A DNA stretch of 64,000 nt from Isurus oxyrinchus (GCA_026770705.1 JANJGN010000102.1:310001-374000), one strand, 5' to 3'; positions 37,190 to 50,840 are shown, numbered from the stretch's first letter. A program made the numbers and translations. The notes: generated from the letters alone by a model not told the origin.

Positions 37190-39800
37190 AATGAGGACAT
37201 ATGGGTAGAAGTAAAACACAAAAGGGGCAAACACACTTTTGGGTGTGTACTATAGGCCCACAAAGAGTCAGGCCGAGATAGAGGATCAAATATGCAATCA
37301 AATTTCAGAGAAGTGTAAGAATAATAAGGCAGTAATAGTGGGGGATTTTAACTACCCAAATATTAACCAGGATAGTTTTAGTGTGCAAGGTAAGGAGGGA
37401 GCAAAATTCTTAAGTTGCATCCAGGAGAAACTTTTTAGCCAGTACATAGAAAGCCCAACAAGGAAGGGAGCAGTTCTGGACCTAATATTCGGAAATTAGC
37501 CTGGGCAGATGGAAGGCATATCAGTAATGGAGCATTTTGGAGATAATGACCATAACTCAGTTAGATTTAGGATAGTTATGGAAAAGGATAAGGTTGGGCC
37601 TGGAATAAAAGTTCTAAATTGGGGAAATGCTAATTTTAATAAGATGAGATACAATTTGGCACAAGTGGACTGGGAGCAGCTACTTGCAGATAAAACTGTG
37701 TCAGAGTAGTGGAAGGCATTCAAGGAGAAAATAGTGAGAGTACAAGGCAAATATGTTCCCGTAAAGATAAAGAGGGGCTCTAAGTCTGAAGAATGCTGGA
37801 TGTCAAGGGACATAAAGGTTAGGATTAAGAGAAAAAGAGAAGCTTATGGCAGATACTGAGGGCTCAATATGGCAGAGTCCCAAGAGGAGTATAAAAAGTG
37901 CAAGGGGAACTTAATGGAAACTACGAAAGCTAAGAAAGTGCATGAGAAAGCATTGATGGGTAGAGTAAAGGAAAACCCAAAGGGGTTTTTTAAATAGATA
38001 AAGAGCAATAGAATAACTAGGGGAAGAGTAGGGTTAATTAGGGACCATGGAGGTAATCTATGTGTGGACCCGGAAGATGCGGGTACAGTCCTCAATGAAT
38101 ACTTTGCGTCGGTCTTCACAATGGAAAAGGACGATGCAGGTATAGACATCAGGGTGGAGGAATGTGAAATATTAGAGGAAATTAACATAGAGAGAGAGGA
38201 GGTGCTTGTGGGTTTAGCGGCCTTAAAAGTGGATATATCCACAGGCCCGGATGAGATGTATCCCAGGCTGCTGAGGGAGGCAAGGGAAGTGATATCAGGG
38301 GCCCTGGCAGTAATTTTCAATTACTCTCTGGCCACAGGTGAGGTGCCGGAGGATTGAAGGATTGCTAACGTTATCCCATTATTGAAAAAGGAAGGAAGGG
38401 ATAGACTAGGAAATTACAGGCCAGCCAGTCTAACCTCTGTGGTGGAGAAGTTACTAGAAAGAATTCTGAGGGACAAAATATATCTGCACTTGGAGAGAGA
38501 CGGATTAATCAGGGATAGTCAGCATGGATTTGTTAAGGAAGGTCATGTTTGACAAATTTGATCTAATTTTTTGAGGAGGTAACCAGGAGTGTTGATGAGG
38601 GTAATGCATTTGATGTGGTCTACATGGACTTTAGCAAGGCTTTTGATAAGGTCCCTCATGGCACACTGGTCAAGAAAGTAAGAGCCTATGGGATCCAAGG
38701 CAAAGTGGCACATTGGATCCAAAATTGGCTGAGAGGCAGGAAGCAGAGGGTGATGTTAGAGGGATGTTTCTGTTACTGGAAGTCTGTTTCCAGTGGGATT
38801 CTGCAGGACTCAGTGCTGGGGCCCTTGCTGTTTGTGATGTACATAAATGATTTGGACTTAAATGTAGGGGCTATGATGAAGAAGTTCATGGATGACGTGA
38901 AAATTGGTAGGGTGGTAAATAGTGAGGAGGATAGCCATAAACTGCAGGAGGATATCAATGGTCAGGTCAGGTGGGCAGAGCAGTGACAAATGGAATTCAA
39001 CCTGGAAAAGTGTGAACGAATGCACATGGGGAGGGCTAACAAGGCGAGGGATTACACTATGAATGGTAGGATCCTGGAAAGTACTGAAGATCAGAGGGAT
39101 CTTGATGTGCATATCCAGGGATTCCTGAAGGTAGCAGGGCAGGTAGATAAGGTGGTTAAGAAAGCATATGGGATACTTGCAATTATTAGTCGAGGCGTAG
39201 AAGAGCCAGGAGGTTATGCTGGAACTGTACGAAATGCTGGTCAGGCCACAATTGAGTACTGTGTGCAGTTCTGGCCACCACATTATAGGAAGGATATGAT
39301 TGCACTGGAGAGGGTACAGAGGAGATTTACCGGGATGCCACCTGGGCTGGAGGGTCTGAGCTATGAGGAAAGATTGTATAGGCTGGTGTTGTTTCCCTTG
39401 GAGCAGCGATGTTTGAGGGGGGACCTGATAGAGGTGTATAAGATTATGAGGGGCATAGATAGGGGGGACAGGAAAGCACTTTTTCCATTAGTAGAGGGGT
39501 CAATAACCAGGGGGCATAGATTTAAGGTAAGAGGTAGAAGAGTAAGAGGCGAGCTGAGGTGAAATTTTTTCACCCAGAGGTTGGTGGAAGTCTGGAACTC
39601 ACTGCCTGAAAGGGTGGTTGACTCAGAAATGCTCATAACATTTAAGAAGTATTTAGATATTCACTTGCATTGCCATGGCCTGCAGGGTCATGGGCCAAGC
39701 GCTGGAAAATGGAATTAGTGTAGTCAGATCTTTGTTGACCAGCATGGACACGATGGGCCAAATGGCTTCCTTCTGTGCAGTAAAAGTCTATGAGTCTATG
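37190..39800 (+). mobile_element. CR1 LINE, most of ORF2 (APE C-terminal half and RT) plus 3' UTR, with stops and frameshifts
   Basis: GVYYRP, IVGDFNYPNI, VLDLIF, YMDFSKAFDKVPH, FMDD, FFTQRLVEVWNSLP; (CTATGAGT)n-type tail. Confidence 0.95.
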
Positions 39801-39912
39801 GGGGTGAGAGAAACTGCCATTTACTTGGAATATTTTTGGCTGTATAAGAATATTTCAGGGGTTGTGGATATATTTAACCCAGTAGTACAACTTGGTGTTT
39901 TTCTGTTTCCAG

Positions 39913-40020
39913 CAAAGTTCATTAACCGGGCAGGACCATGTCGGATGAATCCATGCAATTCCAGTATGCGGTCCAGTAGCTCAAACACTTCTAACTCCTC
40001 CAACACCAGGTGCTCTTCAG
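39913..40020 (+). CDS. Ser-rich cytoplasmic exon of the TM adaptor/receptor
   Basis: TTTTTCTGTTTCCAG / CAG|GTAACT, 108 nt, phase 1-1; AKFINRAGPCRMNPCNSSMRSSSSNTSNSSNTRCSS. Confidence 0.6.
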
Positions 40021-40062
40021 GTAACTGTGGTTCTATATATCTGTCAACCTGTTTTCGGTCAT

Positions 40063-40390
40063 GGGGCAGGATTTTTCCTATGGCGGGCGGGATGGGCGGG
40101 GGTAGGCACGGAGCCAATCGCCTCCCGCAATCTGCTCCGCACTGCCATTTTACACGGGCAGACCAATTAAGGCCCGCCCAGCGTAACACACGACCAGTAG
40201 TGCTCAGTGCTACTTGCGCGGGCAGGGGGAGGAGAGAGAGTCAGGGCCAGTGCTCCTTCGCGCATGTGCGCAAAAGAGCGCAGCAATCTCCCTGAGGCAC
40301 AGAGCTGCCTCACGGAGATTGAATGGATATTAAAACAATTGAATAAATGATTTAAAAATGTATTTAAACATGTCCCCTCATGTGACTGAG
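40063..40390 (+). mobile_element. Harbinger-type non-autonomous element end
   Basis: GGGCAGGATTTT terminus and CpG-rich subterminal sequence related to 16336-16620 and 44670-45020. Confidence 0.55.
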
Positions 40391-40646
40391 TAATGCTGCA
40401 TTCTGTAAATAACTCGGATATTAAGTAAAAAGATTGGTGTCTGGTTTCCTGTTTCACCGTCTGGCTTTGTAATCAGTTGCCATCTAACTCTTACTGTGAG
40501 ATTTTGTTAAATACAAAATGGCTTCCACAAGGCCATATTCAACCAATTCATTATCAAGTACTTTGGGCTGTTCCTCAGAAAGATGATCAGAGTGTTATAT
40601 AAACTCCAACTTTTCCTCCTTAATCTCATTCTCTTTTCCTTCCTAG

Positions 40647-40732
40647 AATGCAAAGTCAGATATGAAAGATTGTGGGAAAATTTGAAGAATTTTAATTCCA
40701 TGTTTCTATCTGTATTCACTGCAGTTTTCTGA
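40647..40732 (+). CDS. Candidate last exon with ITIM (VRYERL)
   Basis: Strong acceptor CTCTTTTCCTTCCTAG, phase 1; ECKVRYERLWENLKNFNSMFLSVFTAVF*. Confidence 0.5.
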
Positions 40733-42009
40733 TCAAACTTTATGTTATCATTGTCGTTCAGTCTCTCAGTGTCCTGTTTGTGTGTGAGCTTTCATTGGGA
40801 TTTGTCATCCCTGTGCGTGCTGAAAACTGTCAATAGATTTACTGATCACTCTCACCATTTCCCCAAAACATGTTCAGTAAATAATGGGGTCTGTTTATTT
40901 GATGCATTAAAATACATTGGAATGAAAGCTGTCCCATTGTGTTGTGAATGTCTCATCTTACACTGTATTTGTGCTACAACTGGTTAAAATTAAAGTATTC
41001 AGGAACTCTGGCATTTTAGCAATAATAGAGAGGTAAAGGAGTTAGATTGCTCCTGAAACGGGGTTGAGATTTGGGCGCCAGGCGATGTGTACAGAGCTAA
41101 AGAGAGACCGGTGCCAGGATTTTGGAAATCAGTCCGCTGGCCTCCTTCATGTCGGACCATGAATGATGGGTTTTGTCATGACCCCAGAGGCAGCTGACTA
41201 CCCTTGCTGGAAATAATGATCATAACTGTGCTCAATCTGTACACAGGTTAATGAGCCAATCCTCTGCTATGTTGGGTGCCCCTCAATCCCACACCTGCTA
41301 TCTCGCTGTTGCATCTGCAGCTGAAGGTGGGCAGAAGAGAGGGGCTGTGGTGGTTTACGCCCCCACCCTCCATTGATCGCATGCAACGCCATTGGGTCAT
41401 CTTCAAGATGGCAGTAGAGGCAGGTTTTCAATGGATGAGTGGATTGGAGGACTTTCAGTAAATTCGCCCCTTTACAGGTGGCTTACACTGAAGGAGCTGC
41501 TCTTTCTGCAAACAGTTGGCAGGTCTTTTGTCATTTCTGGTGCCAACTCTGACCAGGAGTCTGCCACCTGCACCCAAAATGTTCATCAGGGTGACTATGC
41601 GCCCCTGCTTTCCAGAGGCAGCCCCTGGCTCACGTGCCATGACCCTCACCACCTAGGCTCGACCTCTCATCCTGAAAGGCAGCCTGCAGCATGTACTCAC
41701 CTCTTGGCTGGGACTTGAATCCATGGCCATTGGACTCAGAGGTGGGAGTGCTACCACTGTGGGAAAGAGCAAGAATGGGCCCTTGCAGCTTTAACATGGA
41801 ATACGTTTCGAAGGCATTTTAGAAAAACGGCGACAGGAGAAGAATGAAGAGAATCTTTGCCAAGCCCCAGCAGAAGAATTGAAGAGGAATGACTGAACGT
41901 TTCGTTAGAGAAATCGGTTTCAGATCTTGAAAGGTGGGTTTTGAGGGAGGGTCCATAGCATGTGGGCCGAGGAGGCTGAAGGCAAGGCTGCTAATAGTGG
42001 GGGCAAGGG

Positions 42010-42300
42010 GGTTTTCCCTCGATTTTCCCCTCCAGTAACTGTTTCTGTCTACCATCTGCTCTAGTTATGTGACTGAAGTGTCTTATTTTTCTTGCTCTGA
42101 TGTTCTGTACTAACTTCCTCTCTTCTGCCGCCATTTCCAGCGCTTCCTCATTAGCCTTTCTGTGTTGGGGTCATGCCGAGCATTCTCCCATAAGTCCACA
42201 TCTCTAACGCGTTCAGCTTATCAATAGTCTCTTGGTTTGTTGTCCATGTCTCTGAGTGATATAACATTGGTGTATAAGAAGCAAGATTCACACTGTTGCT
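42010..42300 (-). mobile_element. RTE-clade LINE C-terminal fragment
   Basis: Minus-strand LYHSETWTT...KLNALEMWTYGRMLG...NEEAL...RKIRHFSHITR...LLEGKIEGK. Confidence 0.75.
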
Positions 42301-42539
42301 GTATTCTTGAGCAGGAGTTTACTAGTGCGGCTTGCTGAAAGAAACAAAGTTCCGATGCCAGTTACCCAAGGCATGAACTGCCAACCTCCCGATGTCCTGC
42401 AACACGAACAGATCCCACGGATGTGTAATACAGAGTCTTTGGGAATTATGGCCAGGCACACCTCAAAGAAAGATGTCATGATGCAACCCTAATATCTCAG
42501 ATATAGTTATACAATAATAGTCTTTTTGTATGTAAGCGT

Positions 42540-43800
42540 GGACTACAGGACAATATAGATGGGCTGGTCAGATGGGCAGAGCAGTGGCACATGGAATTTA
42601 ATCCTGGGATGTGTGAGGTGATATATTTTGGGAGGACTAATAATGCAAGGAAGTACACGACGAATGGTAGGACCGTAGGAAGTACAGAGGATCAGAGGCA
42701 CCTTGGTGTGTATGTTCCTAGATCCCTGAAGACAACAGGACAGGTAGATAAGCTGGCTAGGAAGGCATATGGGATACTTGCCTTTATTAGTCAAGGCATA
42801 GAATATAAGAGTAGAGAGGTTTTGATGGACCTGTAGAAAGCATTAGTTAGGCCACAGCTAGAGCACTATGTGCAGTTCTGGTTGCCGCCCTGTAGGAAGA
42901 ATGTGATTGCACTGGAGAAGATGCAGAGGATATTCACCAGGATGTTGCCTGGGCTGGAGCTTTTCAGCTATGGATAGGCTGGGATTGTTTTCCTTAGAGG
43001 AGAGTAAGCTGAGGGGTGACCTGATTGAGGTGCACAAATTATGAGGGGCCTAGATAGAGGAGATAGGAAGAAACTTTTCCCCTTAGTAGTGAGGTCAATA
43101 ACCAGGGGGTATAGATTTAAGGTAAGGAGCAGGAGGTTTAGAGAGAGTTTTAGGAATGATTTTTCACCCAGAGGGTGGTGGTGTATCTGGAACTCGCTGC
43201 CTGAAAGGGTGGAAGAGGCAGGAACCCACACAACATTTAAGAAGTATTTGGATGAACACTTGAAACACCACAACATACAGGGCTATGGGCCAAGTGCTCG
43301 AAAATGGGATTAGAATAGATAGGAGCTTGATGGCCAGCACAGACACGATGTGCCGAAGGGCTTAGAACAAAGAAGGCTGAGAGGTGACTTGATTGAGGCG
43401 TATAAAATTATGAGGGGAATAGATAGAGTGGACAGGATAAAATTGTTTCCCTTGGTGGAGAATTCTAGAACCAGGGGACATAGATTCAAGAAAAGTGGCA
43501 GAGGGTGTTGGGGGAACATGAGGAAGAACTTTTTTACGCAGAGGGTAGTGGGTGTCTGGAATTCGCTGCCAAGTTGGTGGTAGAGGCAGAAACTCTAAAC
43601 TCTTTTAAAAAGTACCTGGATTTGCACCTTAAGTGCTGTAAGCTGCAGGGCTTTGGGCCCGGTGCAGGAAGGTGGGATTAGAAAGGGCACCTGGGTGTCC
43701 TCGGGCTGGCATGGACAAGATGGGCCGAATGGCCTCCTTCTGTGCTGTAACTTTTCTATGGCTTCCTTCCATGCTGCAAAACTCTATGACTCTATGTAGC
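42540..43800 (+). mobile_element. Two nested CR1 3' fragments
   Basis: Two successive LRGDLIE...WNSLP blocks, each with a 3' UTR. Confidence 0.9.
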
Positions 43801-44354
43801 ACCTCAGCATTCTGATGCTAAGATTCAGCTCCAGTTTCTTTGATGTTAAAACATCCTTCATTTTGACAAAGCCGATCTTGGTTCTCTCAATTTTCCTTCG
43901 GACCTCACAATCTCATCTCCCAACGCCTGTGATAATCTGCTCAAGATGCATGAACCTTTTCTCTTTTTAAAAATTCTTTCATGGTGTCACTGGCTAGCCC
44001 AGCATTTATTGCCCATCCCTAATTGCCCCTTGAGAAGGTGGTGGTGAGCTGACTCTTAAGCCGCTGCAGTCCATGTGGTGTAGGTACACTCACCATGCTG
44101 TTAGGGAGAGGGTTCCAGGATTTTGACCCAGCGACAGTGAACAAAGGGCCAATGTATTTCCAAGTCAGGATGGTGTGTGTGGCTCGGAGGAGAACTTCCA
44201 GGCGCTGCTGTTCCCATGCGTTTGCTGCTCTTGTCCTTCGAGGTGATGGAGGTTGTGGGTTTGGAAGATTCTGGGGGAGGAGGGTGAGCGGGGCAAGTGG
44301 GGAACTTCACACATGCGTGCAAGTGCACACTGGAAAAGCTCCCTGAGGCACAGA

Positions 44355-44665
44355 GATAAAAACAAAAAACTGCGGATGCTGGAAATCCAAAACAAAAACA
44401 GAATTACCTGGAAAAACTCAGCAGGTCTGGCAGCATCGGCGGAGAAGAAGAGTTGACATTTCGAATCCTCATGACCCTTCAACAGAACTGAGTGAATCTA
44501 AGGAGAGGGGTGAAATATAGTTCTGTCGAAGGGTCATGAGGACTCGAAACGTCAACTCTTTTCTTCTCCGCCGATGCTGCCAGACCTGCTGAGTTTTTCC
44601 AGGTAATTCTGTTTTTGTTTTGGGTGAAATATAAGCTGGTTTAAGGTGGGGGCTGGGGGGGTTGG
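44355..44665. mobile_element. Penelope tail (-) with a second tail (+, 44520-44621) inserted in it
   Basis: 12-bp duplication GGGTGAAATATA at 44508-44519 and 44622-44633. Confidence 0.85.
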
Positions 44666-45759
44666 GACATGTTACAAATGAGGTGTAAATTTTTGAATTT
44701 TATTTTTAATTGCTGTTAGAAACCTCATCACGCCCGTGGATGAGGTTTCCTAAAAAGTGCAAAGGCCGCTTGACCTTTTCGCCTGCTCACCAACCGTAAC
44801 TTGGACAGGCACTGAAAAATTTAAGTTAATTAATACTTTAATGGCCTTAATAGGCCTTCTAATTGTCAGCGGGCGCACTGCCGATTCCCGCGCGCACCCA
44901 CTGACCTAACTATCGTTCGAATGCGCATTGGTGTCAGGACATTCGCCTGACGTCATCGCGCGTCATTTCACGCTCGAGCAGGTCAGGCATGTACCCACTC
45001 GGGGAGGTGAAAATTCTGCCTTCAGTAAGGGTGACCATGAAATTATCATCGATTGCTGTAAAAATCCATCTGGTTCACTAAAGTCCAAATCTGCCGTCCT
45101 TACCCGATCTGGCCTACATGTGACTATTAACTGCCCTCTGAAATGGCCCTAGCAAGTCACTCAGTTCAAGGGGCAATTAGGGATGGGAACAAATACTGGC
45201 CTGACCAGCGATGCCTGCATCCCATGAAGGAATACATCTTTTAAAAAAAAGTTTACATAACATCTTTCACATCCCCAAGACATTCCAAAACCTTTCACAG
45301 CCGGGAGGTTACGTTAGAAATGCAGTTCCTGCCGTGACACGGACAAAAGTGGCAATTCATTTTGCACAGCAGGATCCCAGGAAAGGGGAGTGAATGAACC
45401 ACCAGTCAGTTCTCTTTTGGTGACCTTGGTTGAAGGAGGAATGTTGGCCTGGAGATTGAGGACACCTTTCATAGACAACCCACGGAGAATCTTTCCCTCC
45501 TCCTCAGACTGCCAGACCTGGCGTCAGCTTAATGTCTGGTCCACAAGGCCACCCTCCGACAATACGGCACTCTCTGGGCATTGTAGTCGAGCCTCAGCCC
45601 CCTCCGGGTATATATTCAATGGGATTTGGAACAGTCGGATTGAGAGGTGACAGACCTAACAATTGAACCAGGCACACTCGCCAAAAAAGATCAAGGGAAA
45701 AAGAGAAGGAAAATCAGCTCAGAGGAAATGTGCAGTTTTCCTGTAAGTGAGGGGATAAG

Positions 45760-46300
45760 ACGATTCGAGGATTCAATAGGGACAGTAGAGAGAAACTATT
45801 TCCCCTGGTGACAAGAGACCAGAACAAGGGGGCAAAACCTTAAACTGGGAGCCAGGCCATTGAGGGGTGATGTCAGGAAGTGCATCTTCGCACAAAGGGG
45901 AGTGGAAATCTGGAACTCTCTCTCCTCCACCCCACCTCTCCACCACAAAAAGCTGTCAAGGCCGCAGGGTTAACTGGAAATTTCTAAACTGAATTTAATA
46001 GATTTTTTGTTGGGTAAGGGGATTAAGGGTCACCGAGGCAGGGTGGGCGAATGGAGTTAAGATGTAGATCAGGCATGATCTTATCGGATATCTGAACAGG
46101 CTCGTGAGGCTGAAGGGCCTCATCCTGTTCCTGTGTAACATGCTCCAGAGACTGAATAGTCTCCTCCTGCTCCTGTGTAACAGACTTGTGGGGGGCTGAA
46201 GGGCCTCGTCCTGTTCCTGTGTAACAGACTCAAGAGGGGCTGAATGACCTCCTCTTGTTCCTGTGTAACAGGCTCGAGAGGGGCTGAATGGGCTCCTCCT
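45760..46300 (+). mobile_element. CR1 3' fragment ending in a ~40-bp tandem amplification of its tail
   Basis: Repeated CCTGTTCCTGTGTAACAG..CTC..GAGGGGCTGAA units at ~46095-46300. Confidence 0.75.
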
Positions 46301-46759
46301 TAACCTCATTCTGTGCCCATCTGGACCACTTCCCCACAGGCAGTTCCCGTACCCTCCAGCTACCCCACAGAGATCACATCGGCTGCCAAAAAAACCCTCA
46401 GATATGCAGCATTAGATATAGGGAACTTGACAGCCCTTCCTGGAATTGTACAGCGTTGCACAGAGTATCATATTCGCTAAGAGGCATTAGCATCATGAAA
46501 TCAAAGGTATAGTTAATCCCAAACAAGCGTTACCAGAAACTCTTAGTTCTGTGAGAAATGCAAAAAGCATAAATCAAATCAACTGTGACTGAAACCATGG
46601 GGATGACGATCATAAAATAATTCACTGTGCCGGACCATGGGAGAGGGAATCTGTTCACAGCGAAGCAGGCTTTACCATGGCTCTTTAATTCAGTATCTCA
46701 CTTTGTTCTCAGGATGCAGGATCACCATCTCCATTCACCCCAGTGAATCATCGAAACAG

Positions 46760-47575
46760 CTCTTAGCCACTCAGCCCCTTGAGTCTGCTCCCCCATTCAA
46801 TAAGGTCGTGGCTGATCTGATTGTGGCCTCGACTCCACTTTCCTGCCTGTCCCTCGTAACCCCCGACTCCGTTGTCAATCAAAAATCTGTCTAACTCGGC
46901 CTTGAATATATTCAATGAGTCAGCCTCCACTTCTCTCTGGGGGAGAGAATGCCACAGACTGACAACCTGGAGAGAAGAAATTCCTCCTCATCTCCATCTT
47001 CAATGGGAAACACCTTATCCTTAAATTGTGTTTGATGAGGGGAAACATCCTCTCAGCATCCACCCTGTCAATCTCCATTTAAGAATCTGACATGTTTCAA
47101 TAAGATTGCCCCTCATTCTTCTAAACTCCAATGGATAGAGGCCCGACCTGCTCAATCTTCCTTCATAAGACAAACCCCTTCATCCCAGAATGAGACGGGT
47201 GAACCTTCTCTGAACTACTTCCATCGCAATTATATCATTTTCCAAATAAGGAGACCAAAACTGTACACAGCACTCCAGATGCGCTCTCACCAAGGCCCTG
47301 TACGACTGCAGCAAAACTTTCCGACTTTTCTATATTGCATTCCCCTTGCAATAAACACCAACTTGCCACTTGCCTTCCTAATCACTTGCTGCATCTGCAT
47401 ACTAACTTTTTGTAATTCATGCACCAGGACACCCAGATCCCTCTGTACCTCAGAGTTCCACTGTCTCTTCCCATTTAAATAATATGCTGCTTTTCAAATC
47501 TTCCTGCCAAAGTGGACAGGTTCACATTTTCCCACATATCCACCTGCCAAATCTTTGCCCACTCGCTTAACCCAC
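46760..47575 (-). mobile_element. CR1 3' fragment
   Basis: Homologous to 25035-25770. Confidence 0.85.
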
Positions 47576-47949
47576 TGCCTTTGTAGAATATACCTCAACT
47601 ACCCTCCTACCCATCTATTCCCCTCACTTGAATGGCTTCCTCTACCACGGTGCCATGATCAGTTTGCTCATCCATCTTGCAGCCCCCAGAGAATTGAGTA
47701 GTTACAGCAAGGCCAAAGACCATTCAGCCCATCGAGCCCAGGTCAGTTCTCTGCGAAAACAACTCATCTAATCCCACTTTCCTGTAGCCTTGAAATTTTT
47801 ACTCTTCAGTTGGTTATGCAATTCACTTTTGATAGCCTCAATTGACCCTGCCTGCGCCACTCTCAGGCAGAGCGTTCCGGATCCTAACCACTCGCTATGT
47901 GAAAAAGTTTTTCTCCGTGTCTCCGTTGCTTCTTTTGCCAATTGTCTTG

Positions 47950-48760
47950 AATCTGAAAACCGAATAACTACTGCTGTAGAGAGGGCTTTAAACTGATTAG
48001 GGGGTTGGGGAGGGGTAGGGCTCTGGAGAGGGGATACTTAGGCTTGCAAAGCAAAAGGATATGGCAGCGTTGCAGGGCAGCTATTTAGGTAATGACATCC
48101 CGAGTGTGACAGGAAGGGACAGTGTGTGCAAACACAAAAAAAAGCAGCAAATAGGGTCAAGGGGAGGGGTGCGGGGGAATGATTAAAAGGCAAAATTAAT
48201 GGATTTTTATTTAACTGCACATAGTATTCCAAACAAAAATAAATGAATTAATGGTACAAATAGAGCTTAGTGTATATGATCTTATAGCCGTGATGGACAC
48301 ATGGTTACAAGGAGATCAAAGCTGGGAACTAAATATTCAGGGGCATGTGACTTTTCGAAAGGACAAGCAGGAAGGAAAGGGTGGCAGGTAGCTTTGTTAG
48401 CATGAGGTGGAATAAGTACGTTAGCAAGAAATGATCTTGGATCGGGAGATGTGGAACCCATATGGGTGGAGGTAAGAAATAATAAGGGGAAGAAGACATT
48501 GGTGGGAGTAGTCTATAGGCCCCCTAACAGTAGCTAATCTGTAGGACAGAGAATAAATCAGGAGATAATGAGGGCATGTAAAAAAGGCAGTATATTAATC
48601 ACAGGTGACTTTAATCTTCATGTAAGTTGGGTAAATCAAATTGGCAGAGGTAGCCATGAGCAAGAATTCATAGAGTGTATTTGGGACAGTTTCCTAGCAC
48701 AATATGTTATGGATCTAATCAGGGATCAGGCTATTTTGGATCTGGTAATCTGTAATGAGG
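47950..48760 (+). mobile_element. CR1 ORF2 APE endonuclease fragment
   Basis: YLTAHS..NK, DTWLQ, VGVVYRPP, ITGDFNL, ILDLV motifs. Confidence 0.85.
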
Positions 48761-49494
48761 TGAGTTGCTGCAGTGCATCTTGTAGATGGTACACACACTG
48801 CTGCCACTGTGCGTCAGTGGTGGAGGATGTGAATGTTTGTGGATGTGGTGTCAAACAAGCGGGGTTGCTTTGTCCTGGAAGGTGTCGTGCTTCTTGAGTG
48901 TTTTTGGAGCTGCACTCATCCAGGCAAGTGGAGAGTATTCCATCACACTGCTGACTTGTGCCTTGTAGATGGTGGACAGACTTTGGGTGATCAGGAGATG
49001 AGTTACTTACCTGGTCTTGTAGCTATAGTATTTATGTGTCTGGCCCAGTTCAGTTTCGGGTCAGGATGTTGATAGTGGGGCAATTCAGCAATAATAATGC
49101 CATTGATTGTCAAGGGCAATGGTTAGATTCTCCCTTGTTGGAGATAGCCATTGACTGGCACTTAGGTGGCACGAACATTAGTTGCCACTTATCAGCCCAT
49201 TCTATGGTGTTTAGGAGAATGAGAAGTGATCTCATTGAAATGTATGAAATTCTGGGAGTGTTTGACTGGGTCGATGCTGAGAGGCTGTTCCCCATCTTTC
49301 ACCCCCCATTCCCACCTCCAGCTGGAGAGCCAAGAACAATAGAACATGCGGGGCGGCGGGAGGGCGGGTCACAGTCTCAGGGTGAGGGGTCAGCCATTTC
49401 AGACTGAGATGAGGGGAAAATTCTTCACTCCGAGGGTTATGAATCTTTGGAATTCTCAACCCCAGAGGATTGTCAGTCACATTTGATATGGAGA

Positions 49495-50045
49495 TCGAGA
49501 GATTTCCCGGCATTGAGGGAATTAAGGGATATGGGGGTGGACAGAGAGTAGAGATAAATTTTTGATTGGGGGATTAAGGGATACCAGGAGTGGGAGAAGG
49601 AGCGGAGGTAGATTTTTGGATTTTTGATTGGGGGGATTAAGGGATACGGGGAGTGGGTGAAGATAGATTTTTGATTGGGGGATTAAGGCATACGAGGAGT
49701 TGGCGGAAGGTGAAGATAGATTTTTGACTGGGGGATTAAGGGATGCGGGGAGTGGGTGGGAAAGTGGAGATAGGTTTTTGATTGGGGGATTAAGGGATGC
49801 GGAGGAGTGGACGGGAAAGCGGAGATAGATTTTTGATTGGGGGATTAAGGGATACGGGGAGTTGGTAGAAGGTGAAGATAGATTTTTGACTGGGGGATTA
49901 AGGGATGTGGGGAGTGGGTGGGAAAGTGGAGATAGGTTTTTGATTGGGGGATTAAGGGATGCGGGGGAGTGGGCGGGAAAGCGGAGATAGATTTTTGATT
50001 GGGGGATCAAGGGGTACAGGGAGCGGGCAGAGGGTGGAGATAAAT
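49495..50045 (+). repeat. ~53-bp minisatellite derived from the CR1 ORF2-end/3' UTR
   Basis: About ten AGATAGATTTTTGATTGGGGGATTAAGGGATACGGGGAGTGGGCGGGAAAGTGG units following a CR1 fragment. Confidence 0.85.
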
Positions 50046-50274
50046 TCAATAGGAGGTCTCAAAATGGAAATTGGATAAATATTTAAGGGGGAAAAATTTG
50101 CAGGATTATGGTGGGGAGACGGGCTGGGGTGGGGATTAATTGGACAGATCTGTCAAAGAGCCAACACAGGCACAATGGGCTGAATGGCCTCCTTCTGTGC
50201 TATGTAGTTCTATGGTTCAACCTCCTTAATCTGGGGGCACTGAGGTCAATGGAATTAGCCATGAAACCTGAATA

Positions 50275-50840
50275 AAACACTGATTCAGCCTCAACTGGAG
50301 TATTGTGTTCAATTTTGGGCACTGGAGTTTAGGAATGATGTGAAGGCTTTAGAGAGAGAGAGAGAGTGCAGAAAAGATTCACAAGAATGGTTCCAGGGAT
50401 GAGGGACTTCAGTTCCTTGGATAGATTGGTGTAGTTGTGAGTGTTCTCCTTGGAGAAGAGAAGGTTAAGAGGAGATTTGATCGAGGTGTTCAAAATCATG
50501 AGGGTCTCTGGGACAGAGTAGACAGGGAGAAACTGTTCCCATTGGCGGAATGGTCAAGAACCAGATGGACACAAATTTAATGCGGTTGGCAAAAGAAGCG
50601 ACGGAGACCCGAGGGGAAACTTTTTCACACAGCGAGTGGTTGGGATCTGGAATGCACTGCCTGAGAGTGTCGAGGAGGCAGAGTCAATTGAGGCTTTCAA
50701 GAGGGAATTGGGTCATTATCTGAAGAGGAAAAATGCGCAGGGTTACGGTGAGAAGGCCGGGGGTGTGGGGCTGGGTGCATTGCTCATTCGGAGAGTCAGT
50801 ACAGGCCTCTTCCTGCGCTGTGGCAGTTCTGTAGTTCTGA
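50275..50840 (+). mobile_element. CR1 3' fragment
   Basis: PQLEYCVQFW ... FFTQRVVGIWNALPE. Confidence 0.88.

Noticed and set aside
46637-46745. Kozak-context ATG (GACCATGG) ORF as the WB leader exon
   Set aside because: Weak hydrophobic core and no convincing donor; possible but unsupported.
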